A stretch of 63,790 bases of DNA from Mustelus asterias (lineage: Eukaryota): NCBI RefSeq assembly GCF_964213995.1, contig NW_027590628.1, positions 1-63,790 of the forward strand. Reading direction: 5' to 3'. Position 1 is the stretch's first letter; every line of letters begins with the position of its first letter. A program made the translations under genes and the position numbers. The notes under the pieces are model-generated. The model did no database searches. It was not told the origin of the DNA and saw only the letters and a list, made by a program, of their open reading frames with translations. This document shows, piece by piece, positions 26,826-36,299 of this stretch.

Positions 26826-27106
26826 CCTCACGGCACTGTAATACACCGCAGCGTCTGACAACTCAACCGTGTTAACAGTGAGAGCAGTGGAGCCTTTCAC
26901 ACCGTCCACAGATACTGTAAACCTTCCCTCAACTTTTACATCTCTGAATGTGGATACGAGATACTCGGGAGGTTGATCGGTGAATTGCCGGTACCAGAAC
27001 ACAAAGTCATTTGCAGTGACAGTAACATTGTGGTGAAGGGAGACGGTCTGTCCCAGTTTTACCCGATTCACCGACATCTGAAATGTTTCCGAGTGACAAG
27101 GAACAT
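26826..27106 (-). other. V1: TCR alpha/delta-type V segment with an open frame but lacking both canonical Cys (ORF or pseudogene status unresolved)
   Basis: Acceptor TTTTGACAG. Reads ...GQTVSLHHN...WYRQFTDQPPEYLV...GRFTVS...LTVNTVELSDAAVYYSAVR, then the RSS. C23 codon is CAC (27030-27032) and C104 codon is AGT (26835-26837). No ATG-initiated split leader found. Confidence 0.88.
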
Positions 27107-27538
27107 CTGTCAAAATAAGAATACAATTAACATGAAGATACATACGGGGATAAATAAAGTGCTTGCGTACATAGACGGAATTAACTAATCTATGCGTCTA
27201 TCTATCCAAAGAACAAATCTACTTATTATAGATCTTTCTATCTTCCTTTTTTTCCATGTTTAGCCATCTTTCTGTTGCATTTCTATCCGCTGAGGTGTCT
27301 GAGAAGCAGTTATTTTTCCTGTTTGTTTCTTTACTCAGTGTGTGTGGAACAACGAAACAAGAGAGTTTACTTAATATGTTTCCACACACTGCATCTGTAC
27401 TGACAGTTATCGGATATTGCAACTCTATCCAGATGGAAGGTTAAAAATGGAAAATTGATACTTCTAATATCAGCGGCATTGCTAAAGGCACCAGTTTTGG
27501 GTAAATTTAAACGTGCAGCGGAGGCAGGGCAGTGAGCA

Positions 27539-27577
27539 GGATAGTGTTCACCCGGATCCGCTCTGTGTCTCACTGTG
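27539..27577 (-). other. 23-bp-spacer RSS of V2
   Basis: CACAGTG (27577-27571), 23 nt, degenerate nonamer ACACTATCC. Confidence 0.8.
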
Positions 27578-28002
27578 TCTGCTTCACGCACAGATACATT
27601 CCGGAGTCCTGGACCGAGGTGTCATCAATACAGATGGTTTTTGAACTCTTTACTCGGTCAAAGGACAGTGTGTAACGTCCTTCGGTCGCACTTCCATCGT
27701 AAATGGAGGCGATCAGTGTCGGAGCCCATGTCAGTGTTTGTCTGAACCAGAGAACGGTAACGTCTGTAGCAACGGAGAGCCGACAATTCAGTTCAAACCG
27801 TTCCCTTTCCCGAGACACCATCTGCTCAGGGTGGGAGCTCTGAAACTCACACTGAACGGCTGTGAACAGAAGAAAATCACTCACAAACCGCATGATGTGA
27901 AGAGAGTGTTGAAATAATGAATAATAGAAACATAAACCCACACAATATCAACAGCATCAGAGTCCCAACTGGAAAGCGGTTTTTGCGGGTGTTCTTCTCC
28001 AT
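27578..28002 (-). CDS. V2: TCR alpha/delta-type V gene segment (likely leader exon 28002-27942, 82-nt intron, V exon 27859-27578)
   Basis: V exon has C23 (ELNC), W41 (WFRQ), GRY and DSGMYLC. Candidate leader MEKNTRKNRFPVGTLMLLIL/SVQC uses a phase-1 GTGGGT donor and a TTCACAG acceptor. There is also an in-frame upstream ATG at 28041. Confidence 0.85.
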
Positions 28003-28160
28003 GTTGATGAAGATGCACAGGAGGATCAGTCCGGGTCTCATTTCTAGACTGGGACTTGCTGCCGAGGCCTAGACTCTGAGTGGTGGGGAGGGGAAGGAGA
28101 GGCGGGAGCTTTACACTCTGATGAGCCACCGTGTCACCACTATTATGGGATGTCGGTCTC

Positions 28161-28193
28161 TGACGTCACTTGCGGTGCCACTGAGTGATTGGC
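28161..28193 (-). promoter_or_regulatory. V2 promoter elements: CRE/TCR-V decamer AGTGACGTCA and a CCAAT box
   Basis: Minus strand AGTGACGTCA (28170-28161) matches the AGTGAYRTCA decamer of TCR V promoters. GCCAATCA at ~28186-28193. These lie 120-160 bp upstream of the leader ATGs. Confidence 0.65.
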
Positions 28194-28930
28194 TGTTTCT
28201 CGAACCAGAGACCACTTGAACCGTCACTGCCCCCGACCCCCTCTGCTTCCTGTGTGTAACAACAGAGTAAATTGTTTCATAACTGCGGTGCTCTGGTGTC
28301 TTTCTAAATGAAAAGAGCCGTTCATAATCTTAGAATCGTAGACAGTTGTAGCACTAACAGAGACCATTCGGCCCATTGCTCACGTACTGTCCCTGTTGAT
28401 GGGTTCCCCACTTATTCTTTATCAGCAGCTTGCATTCGATGTATCTTATATTCTTAAAATTTCCGTTTACTGGTCAAATATTTATCCACTTGTCTCCGCA
28501 AGTTACTTATAGATTCTGTCCCCATTACAGTTTGGCACGAACCATCTAGCAGCCGACTGCACAGAACACAAAAGTCTCCTCCCTCCGTTTAATAAAGATC
28601 ACCAGAAATGCCGCTCTCCAGTCACGCACTGAGAGGCCAGCCGGGTTATCTCTGTTCCTTTTCAATCTTTTCCAACCTGTCTTGATTGGGGACAAGTCTG
28701 CCAACCACTTCTGGACAGAATTGCAGCTCCATTGAAAATGTCCCCAATTGCTCAAGTCTCCGCTGAGCATTGTGCTCTCTCTCTCTCATCCCCACTTCAT
28801 CTTTCCCAGTCTGTCTTACACATTGTGTCTGAGATTAACGCTACACGGATCCAAGTGTTTGAACTGTGTCCTCAACAATGATGTGTATAAGGCTTACACA
28901 TGTCCCCTTGTGTTCTGAAATCTGCGTCCT

Positions 28931-29004
28931 TGTTAATAGTGAGGGAGTTAGTGTTGGTAATGCCATTGTTAATAGTGAGGGAGTTAGTGTTGGTAATGCC
29001 ATTG
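28931..29004. repeat. 36-bp direct tandem duplication
   Basis: TGTTAATAGTGAGGGAGTTAGTGTTGGTAATGCCAT occurs twice. Confidence 0.95.
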
Positions 29005-29054
29005 AATGTCAAGGGGCAATGGTTAAATCCTCTCATTTGAAGATGGTTACTGCA

Positions 29055-29375
29055 TGGGGCGACACGGTGGCGCAGTGGTTCGCACTGCTGCCTCACAGCG
29101 CCAGGGACCCGGGTTCAATTCCGGTCTCGGGTCGCAGTCTGTGTGGAGTTTGCACGTTCTCCCCTGTCTGTGTGGGTTTCCTTTGGCTGCTCCGGTTCCC
29201 TCTCATAGTATAAAAGTGTGCGGGTTAGGGTGATTGGCCGTGCTAAATTGCCCGTACGTATCAGGCGGTTTAGCACGATAAATATGTGGGGAGATGGAAG
29301 TAGGGCCTTTGTGGGCTTGTTGTCGGTGCCGACTCGATGGGCCAAATGGCCTCCATCTGCACTGCAGGATTCGAT
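29055..29375 (+). mobile_element. HE1-like V-SINE with CR1-type tail
   Basis: tRNA-like head, V-domain body and tail GGGCCAAATGGCCTCC...GCACTGCAGGATTC. Confidence 0.88.
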
Positions 29376-29730
29376 GAACGCATGTGGCGTGAATGTTGCT
29401 TGTCAGGCCAAGCCTGAATATTTTCCAGATTTTGCTGTATTTGGACACAGACCAATTATCTGATTTGAAACAATAGATTTTCAGCATAAAATTAACAACA
29501 ATGCGGAAGATTTCCTCAACATAAAGCCCACACTCACTGAGTGACTGTTTCCTTCATCGGATAAGTTATGCTCTGACTGTCAATAAATCTGAGCAAAGCC
29601 GCTGGCAGATATTGGGGAATTACAAAGCCCCGGGCGACCCCGCTCGCATGCTCCATTTCCTGCTCTCTGACATATCTTGCCTGCAGTCTGCTGTTTGTTT
29701 GATCGTTGCAGCAAATGTACACAGGCGTGA

Positions 29731-29769
29731 GGTTTTTGTACAGTGACTCCCGTCTTTCCTCTCAGTGTG
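29731..29769 (-). other. 23-bp-spacer RSS of V3
   Basis: CACACTG (29769-29763), 23 nt, perfect ACAAAAACC (29739-29731). Confidence 0.93.
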
Positions 29770-30186
29770 GGCTCTATCGCACAGTAATACAGAGCGGTAT
29801 CCGCGCTCCCACTGTTTTCAATAATCAACTGGCCCCATTTGCTCGCAGTGGAAAGTTCCAATTCGAATCGCTCCTTTCTCTCTTTGCCATCCGAGAATCC
29901 GCTTATTATCCACTTCAGACCCTGACCGGGTTTTTGCCTGTACCAATCCATTCTGTAAAAGCTGGAAATGTCATAACTGCAGTTTATCTGCACCGAATCC
30001 CCGCTCTGGACTGTTCTCGCTGTGGGAGTTTGTGAAACTTGGTCCGAGCGACACCGATCTGTAAAAACATTCAGACAATGAGGCACTGGAACAAAATGAA
30101 TATCAGTAAACAGTCTCTATAGGTTACAGAGTAAATTTCCTGCGCTTACAAATTGGTAGAACCATAATGACAAGGCACAGATACAT
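29770..30186 (-). CDS. V3: apparently functional TCR alpha/delta-type V gene segment (leader exon 30186-30150, 91-nt intron, V exon 30058-29770)
   Basis: Leader MYLCLVIMVLPI with a phase-1 GTAAG donor; TTTTTACAG acceptor. Reads DQVSQTP...VQINCSY...WYRQKPGQGLKWI...RF...DTALYYCAIE, then the RSS. Confidence 0.93.
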
Positions 30187-30845
30187 TTGCACCGTGTGAG
30201 ACAGTAACAATGTCAATAGGAAAACGGAGCACAGCTCACAGCAGAAGAGCGCGAAGTGAATCAACAACTTCAGTATTCCCCGAATGTAAGATGCACCAGA
30301 TAACGTTTCAGACACTCGGGTTCTCTGCAATCTGATGGGCTGGAATCAGACTATGCTCTTCCGGTGTAAGGATGTGTTTTTTTGATCCGCTGCTGCTTCT
30401 CTTTCCGATCATGTGTGAACAAATCAATTTTCTATAAACCAGGGCCCTACTTTACTACAGTTACTTTAATTGATAAAAGTGTTCACTGCTTAATTGTTCA
30501 ACAATGAAGTCGTTGATTTCAATTTGAGGTAATTATTCATGTGAATTCTACCCAAGTGCAGTTCAAATGATCGTTTCAAATACAAGAAGCTCCTCCCGCT
30601 TCTCAGGCCTGGCTCCGTTATCCTCGGAAACTCTGCCTCGGGATTTCAATTGAAGCACCAACCATTTAGTTGATGGCCTGTACCTGGTTATGTTTTATTC
30701 TAGCTCAACATCCTCACCCTGACAAGAGGAATATCCTGATTTTATTTAATATCCAAACATTTATTTAATATTCTGAATTGAACTTATCTGAAATACACAA
30801 CATTGAATTGCAAACACGACTGACCAACAAAAGAAATCGAGTTAA

Positions 30846-31188
30846 AAACAAAATACTGCGGAGGCTGCAATCTGAAACAAAAACAGAAAATCTCAGAAGG
30901 TCGGAGAGCATCTGTGGGAAGAGAACAGAGCAACATTTTCCAGTCTAGATGATCCTTCCTCAGAACGTACATCCTCCTCTCAGTCCCTGAAACTGTTTTT
31001 TTTCCGCGTGAAGTCATTGTCCAATCCAAATTTGAAGAAGGAGTTTCTGTGGAATCCGTGCACAGTTTGTCTTCGTCAACAACATTTATCTGACGAAGGG
31101 TCATCTAGTAGACTCGAAACGTTGGCTCTACTTTCTCCCCACAAATGCTGTCAGACCGGCTGAGGTTTTCCAGCAGTTTCTGCGTTTG
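30846..31188. mobile_element. Imperfect inverted-repeat element (~100-120-bp arms, ~125-bp spacer), likely a non-autonomous transposon or Penelope-like terminus
   Basis: Left arm ...AGCATCTGTGGGAAGAGAACAGAGC...CTAGATGATCCTTCCTCAGA is the reverse complement of right arm TCTGACGAAGGGTCATCTAG...GCTCTACTTTCTCCCCACAAATGCT. A half copy occurs near 56410-56470. Confidence 0.6.
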
Positions 31189-32646
31189 TGTGTGAAAAGA
31201 AATCGAATCATTGGGTAACCCAGATCCCATGGTGTTTATCTGACCACAGGCAGCTTCTAAACAAAATCAAATATTTTTACATGGAAGATATTTAAGAAAG
31301 ATCGACCAATCACACTTGATCCCTCTTTATTCTGGATGTGAAACATTCTGCCCCCTAAACCTCGTTCATCAACACAAAATCCAAGTAGATCGGCACTGAG
31401 TCTCGATTTCCTCATCAGCCTGAGCGGTTTTTTCTCTTTGTCTATTATGATGAAAGATTTGAAAAGATGGTACTGTGCAGTGCGCGCCATTTCCTCCAGT
31501 TCAGTTGCAGCATCACTTGTGTCTGTCTTTATGCGCACACAATACTATTAAACATGTTTCATACGGTGATTAACTATCCTAGTCTGCATCTGTAAACCCA
31601 TTCAATTCTGTTGTACACTGAACGAATTGCGAATATGTGCACGGTGTCAAATTAGGAACATTTAATTCCTCATTATGTCTTAAAAGGCAGCATTTCCGAA
31701 TTTGCTGAAAGCATTTGAGGCCGAGGTCACGGCAAATATAATGTGGCTTAACATCGAGTTTCTGATAATGTTCAGGAACAAACTTAAATCCTGCAAACAT
31801 CGCTTACCCTCACTGTGAAAGGTTTATACTTCCAATTGGTTGCAAACCAGTGACTTTTCGCGTATAAGGCGAGCGTGATGGCCAATACACTGCAGAAATG
31901 ATTATCCACTATAAAACCTCAAGAGACTGTCTTGAAATGTTACAACTGTGCCGTCATTCAGTCACACTTTGGGTGCTTCCTTCGAAGAATTCGGCTGCTG
32001 TCACGAGGAATAAATGCTGTAGACAACCTGGTCTCAGTGACCAGGAGAGAAAACAATTCTGCACAGAGGGGCCTGAGAGCTGAACCCAGACAGAGTGGAG
32101 GGAGGGAGAAAACTGAGAGTGGAGAAAAGAATTGGTGGAGAGGGTGAGATGGGTTTGGATTTCAGCCCAGGGACGGGGGAGAGTGTGTGATGGGGATTTA
32201 CAGATTTGGGGCAAACGAGAGGAAAAAATGTTCCAAAAAAAAACTAGAATTATCTGTTCAGAATTTCTATCCTGGACCGACCGTGATTAATTTTGTAAAC
32301 TCTTTTTCCAGGTATTAACAAGGGAAAGATTTGTAGATGCAAAACTCAAAACAAACATTTTGGTTTGAGTCACTCGATCATTCGTCAATCTGTGAATGTG
32401 GAAGGAGAAATGTTTATCTCTTGAAGATTTTAAACATCAGTGCAACTGGAAAAACACCGAGACACACACACACACACTCGAGTGAGAGTGTTCCAGTGAA
32501 CTGACTGTGGAAAGAGCTTTAACCAGTGACACAGCCTGAGAAAACATCACACCATTCACAGCAGGGAGAAACTGTACACGTGTTATCTGCAAGGACGAGG
32601 TTTCAACTGATCATCTAACCTGGAGAGACACAAGGACACTGGCACC

Positions 32647-33447
32647 ATGGAGAAACCTTGGAAATGTGGGGACTGTGGTAAAGGATTCAAGTCTTTATTC
32701 CGACTGGAAATCCATCAACGCAGTCACACCGGGGAGAAGCCATTCGTCTGTTCTGTGTGTGGGAAGGGATTTACCAAGACAACATACCTGATGTTACACC
32801 AGAGAATTCACACTGAGGAGAGGCCCTTCAGCTGCACTCACTGTGGGAAGAGGTTCAACAGCACATCCAGCCTCGCGACACACCAGCGGATTCACACTGG
32901 GGAGAAGCCGTTCACCTGCTCTGTGTGCGGTGAGAGATTCACTCGGTCATCCGGCCTTTGGACACATCAGCGAATTCACACTGAGGAGAAACCGTTCAGC
33001 TGCACTTCTCGTGGAAAGAGTTTCGGGCAGTCATCCACCCTGACTGCTCACCAACGCACTCACACCGGGGAGAGACCGTTCACCTGCTCCGTGTGTGGGA
33101 AGAAATTCTCCCAGTCATTCGATCTGGTGAGACACCAGCGACTTCACACCGGGGAGAGACCATTCACCTGCTCGGTGTGTGGGAAGGGATTCGCTCTGTT
33201 ATTCACCCTCCAGTCCCACCACCGCACTCACACTCAGGAGAATCCATTCAGCTGCAGTACCTGTGGAAAGAGTTTCAAGCAGTCATCCAACCTTCTGACT
33301 CACCAACGCACTCACTCTGGGGAGAGGCCTTTCACCTGCTCCTTGTGTGGAAAGGCATTCACAAGGTCCGCCAGCCTGCTGAGACACCAGCAAATTCATA
33401 ATAGACTGCAAGGATTGGATTCTGCTTTTAACCACAGCCAGGATTGA
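32647..33447 (+). CDS. C2H2 (Kruppel-type) zinc-finger protein, 9 tandem fingers (finger 5 degenerate, CTSR)
   Basis: CxxC-x12-HxxxH repeats with TGEKPF/TGERPF linkers. Two stop-containing fingers lie in frame just upstream (~32488-32646). Candidate acceptor TTTTTCCAG at ~32311. Confidence 0.9.
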   Translation: MEKPWKCGDCGKGFKSLFRLEIHQRSHTGEKPFVCSVCGKGFTKTTYLMLHQRIHTEERPFSCTHCGKRFNSTSSLATHQRIHTGEKPFTCSVCGERFTRSSGLWTHQRIHTEEKPFSCTSRGKSFGQSSTLTAHQRTHTGERPFTCSVCGKKFSQSFDLVRHQRLHTGERPFTCSVCGKGFALLFTLQSHHRTHTQENPFSCSTCGKSFKQSSNLLTHQRTHSGERPFTCSLCGKAFTRSASLLRHQQIHNRLQGLDSAFNHSQD

Positions 33448-33619
33448 TAGTCTGACAATATTGGTTCGATTTTGCTGATATTAACATCCCTATAAGTAGC
33501 TGGAGTTTAATATTCTGGAGATGTCTCTGACTTTCGGAGCTGCAGTGTCCCTTTTTAAAAACACCTTGTGATCTTTCCCCTAAATTCAAGAATCCTTAAC
33601 AAGAACCTGTTCAACATAA

Positions 33620-33965
33620 AATCATAGAAGTCATAGAAACCCTACAGTGCAGAAGGAGGCCATTCGGCCCATCGAGTCTGCACTGACCACAATCCCACCC
33701 AGGCCCTACCTCCACATATTTTACCCACTAATCCCTCTAATCTACGCATCCCAGAACTCTAAGAAGCAATTTTTTTAACCTGGCCAATTAACCTAACCCG
33801 CACATCTTTGGACTGTGGGAGGAAACCGGAGCACCCGGAGGAAACCCACGCAGACACGAGGAGAATGTGCAAACTCCACACTGACAGTGACCCGAACCGG
33901 GAATCGAACCCAGGACCCTGGAGCTGTGAAGCAGCAGTGCTAACCACCGTGCTACCGTGCCGCCC
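33620..33965 (-). mobile_element. HE1-like V-SINE with CR1-type tail, full length
   Basis: Minus strand runs from GGCACGGTAGCACGGTGGTTAGCACTGC... to the (TTCTATG)-like tail. Confidence 0.9.
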
Positions 33966-34282
33966 ACTTTGCTTCAATCCTAAATTAATCTTCGATGCAA
34001 ATCAGTGTGAGAGAGGTTCCACTGATTAACATCTCCAATTAGAAAGTCCTGATTAATCCTTGCTGACAATTCTGGCTGACGTCTTCACAGTGACACGTCC
34101 ATTATGAAATTAAATATGAAGGAACATAAACAAAATAGTGAAATATTATACAGGCACAGTTAAATCTCACATAAAATCCTTAACAATCAATATTGAAGTT
34201 GATGAAACTTGGAGGTCTCTGAGTTCACTCATTTCTGACACAGCAGCAGCAGTTTCACGATCTTGCGATTAAAGTAATACAA

Positions 34283-34301
34283 TATCACCATCTGCTGGCG
34301 A
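34283..34301 (-). promoter_or_regulatory. Putative CTCF site
   Basis: Minus strand TCGCCAGCAGATGGTGATA resembles the CCASYAGRKGGCR core. Confidence 0.5.
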
Positions 34302-34415
34302 CGCGCACTTACGGCAGGCGCTGGCATCTGTGAGTCTCGGGGAAGTTCAGTCACTGGATGGTTGGAACTGGCATCCGGTTGATGAAGTGCCAATATTGAA
34401 TAACATTGTTCATTC

Positions 34416-34464
34416 CCTGTTGCAAACTTTCATTCCTAACATTGGAATGAAAGTTTGCAACAGG
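34416..34464. repeat. Perfect 21-bp inverted repeat with 7-nt loop
   Basis: CCTGTTGCAAACTTTCATTCC-taacatt-GGAATGAAAGTTTGCAACAGG. Confidence 0.97.
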
Positions 34465-34529
34465 TTCTTGGGTGGCGCGTTCGCCCATTTATCACCAGGC
34501 ACCGTATAAGAATTTTGTTCCCCATTCCC

Positions 34530-34785
34530 CATGGGAGATATTGTCTGGAGTTGCAGTTCGGGATTATTGTGTGCATTAGTATTTAAAATAAATATTTATT
34601 GAAGATATATAGCACTGGAGATACGTTTCAGGATCTACCGGACAGATTTTCTTGCTGTTTTGCGCAAAGGAAAGAAAACTGTTCTTTTTAACATTGCCGG
34701 GATGCTTCTCCCTGACACCGCCGTGTATCCCTGTGCCACGGAGCCCACACTGCTGCAGAGATAGAGCGGATCCCGGACAACAACC
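34530..34785 (+). pseudogene. V5: decayed V segment with RSS, inverted relative to the other V segments
   Basis: Manual translation: ...SGVAVRDYCVH*Y / KYLLKIYSTGDTFQDLPDRFS (frameshift) AVLRKGKKTVLFNIAGMLLPDTAVYPCATE. Then CACACTG (34746-34752), 24 nt, ACAACAACC (34777-34785). Confidence 0.82.
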
Positions 34786-34809
34786 CCACACATGGGAGTT
34801 CCAGTTAGG

Positions 34810-34828
34810 TACCACCAGAGGGCGCACT
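34810..34828 (+). promoter_or_regulatory. Putative CTCF site just downstream of the V5 RSS
   Basis: TACCACCAGAGGGCGCACT, a consensus CTCF core. Confidence 0.72.
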
Positions 34829-35604
34829 TACGCTGCTAAACAGAACCAATAATTCACTCTCCATGTGAGTCACAGGGACCTTCCCAAGATATCAGAGAAA
34901 AAACACAACCTCAACAAGAGGTGAGCAACATTTGAGGAGTGATATTAGTTTATTTTAACCTGCATGTGTGCAATCGCCGATCTTCTTAAATCTATTCCAT
35001 TTTGTTAGTTTAGTTGTTGCCCTTGGATGCAGTTTCCCTGTCTTTAATATTGAGCAACTCGATCCCCATCTCCCCTGAGAGGTTTCTGAAGTCTATCACC
35101 GCGGCCTGGTCACTGGGTTTATTTGATCCGAGAGATATGCTGCTTCCGAGAAAGTGTAGACACAATGAAGAAATTTCACAATGAAGTGACTGTGATCTTT
35201 TAAATAGACATTGAGCACAGAATTCCCCCAATGACCAATGAACTTCAGGATGTTTCCGTAATGCTGTTTTGTTACTATGAGCAACCCAGAATTTGCAGCT
35301 GCTAATTAACAGAGCAGGGTTTCATCCCCGCAACCCCATCCGGAAAAGTGCACCCGTTCCCTTATCGAGGTGCTGAAATCAGCTCGGCTCGAGGGATTTC
35401 CTTTCGATATCAGCCAGCTCACCACTGAGAGATCTCACAGACTCATAGAGACACAATGATTGAAGTGGCAGGATACTGGAAACACTTGGGCTGATCCCAG
35501 GTTAATGAGGATTCTTGCGTAACTGACAGTCACATCATGGCTGCATCTGCCCGCGCTTCTGAGCAACCCGCAGCAGACAGGACTTTCAACCTATAGTTAA
35601 AGGC

Positions 35605-35893
35605 AGTTTTTTCTGCAGTCAGACTGCTTTCCATCACTGTGAGTTTCAGCGAGAGCGCAGTAGTACAAGGCAGCGTCAGTCAGCTGCAGACCCCAGATGA
35701 TCAAACTGGTGAATTTACTCCATGCCTGAAGTTCTCCAGAGAAGCGGCTTTCAGCAAAATCTGCTACATCTTCACCAAACATCGAGTTCTTCCCCACTGT
35801 AACACAGGGTGTTGCCGGTACCAGTGTCAATTGCAGTTGCTCATTCTAGTGTCATAGGTACAGTTTAAAGTCACCGTTTCTCCTTCTGTCTGT
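35605..35893 (-). pseudogene. V4: TCR delta/alpha-type V pseudogene, 5'-truncated
   Basis: QTEGETVTLNCTYDTRMSNCN*HWYRQHP (frameshift/deletion) ...ADFAESRFSGELQ...FTSLIIWGLQLTDAALYYCALAET. CACAGTG at 35641-35635; nonamer-like GAAAAAACT after only 21 nt. Confidence 0.9.
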
Positions 35894-36110
35894 TAGGGGG
35901 CGGGGCTATCTGTGCGCATGTGCGGGACGGGAATGCTCCCAGAGGTCAGCGCGCGCGGACGCCGCCGCATTGATGCCGTCTCCCCTGGCAACGCAAGATG
36001 GTCGCCGCCGCCGTCTCCCTTGGCAACGGAATATGGCCGCTGGCCGTCTCCCTTGGCAACGCAAGATGGCCGCCGGCGGTGGGTGTCATTGCGGCGCACG
36101 CGCAGTGAGG
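35894..36110 (+). promoter_or_regulatory. CpG-rich promoter-like module: GC box, NRF1-like site, three RFX X-box + YY1 pairs
   Basis: GGGGCGGGGC ~35897; TGCGCATGTGCG 35913; GTCTCCCYTGGCAAC at 35978, 36013, 36046, each followed by AAGATGG/AATATGG-CCGC-type YY1 motifs. Confidence 0.7.
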
Positions 36111-36213
36111 TCTGTCTGCAGCCATTGTCCAGATTGCCCCCAGTGGATGGGGTTGGGATTGTGCAGCAGATGGAGCAACAATCCCAGTTTCAATAGGGGG
36201 ACAGAAGCTGCAA

Positions 36214-36232
36214 TGCTGCCCCCTGGTGGTCA
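36214..36232 (-). promoter_or_regulatory. Putative CTCF site
   Basis: Minus strand TGACCACCAGGGGGCAGCA, a consensus core. Confidence 0.75.
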
Positions 36233-36299
36233 CTTCTCCCAGTCTCAGCATTGCAGAGTGTTTAAACAAGAGTGCATTGTCACAGCAGCACCTTGACCT

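Noticed and set aside
26787-27859. V2-V1 as a canonical NARTCR cassette
   Set aside because: V2 has WFRQ and a CDR2, unlike NAR-type V, and no D or J with RSS is visible between V2 and V1.
27978-27986. Nonamer-like GCAAAAACC within the V2 leader
   Set aside because: No heptamer found at 12 or 23 nt spacing.
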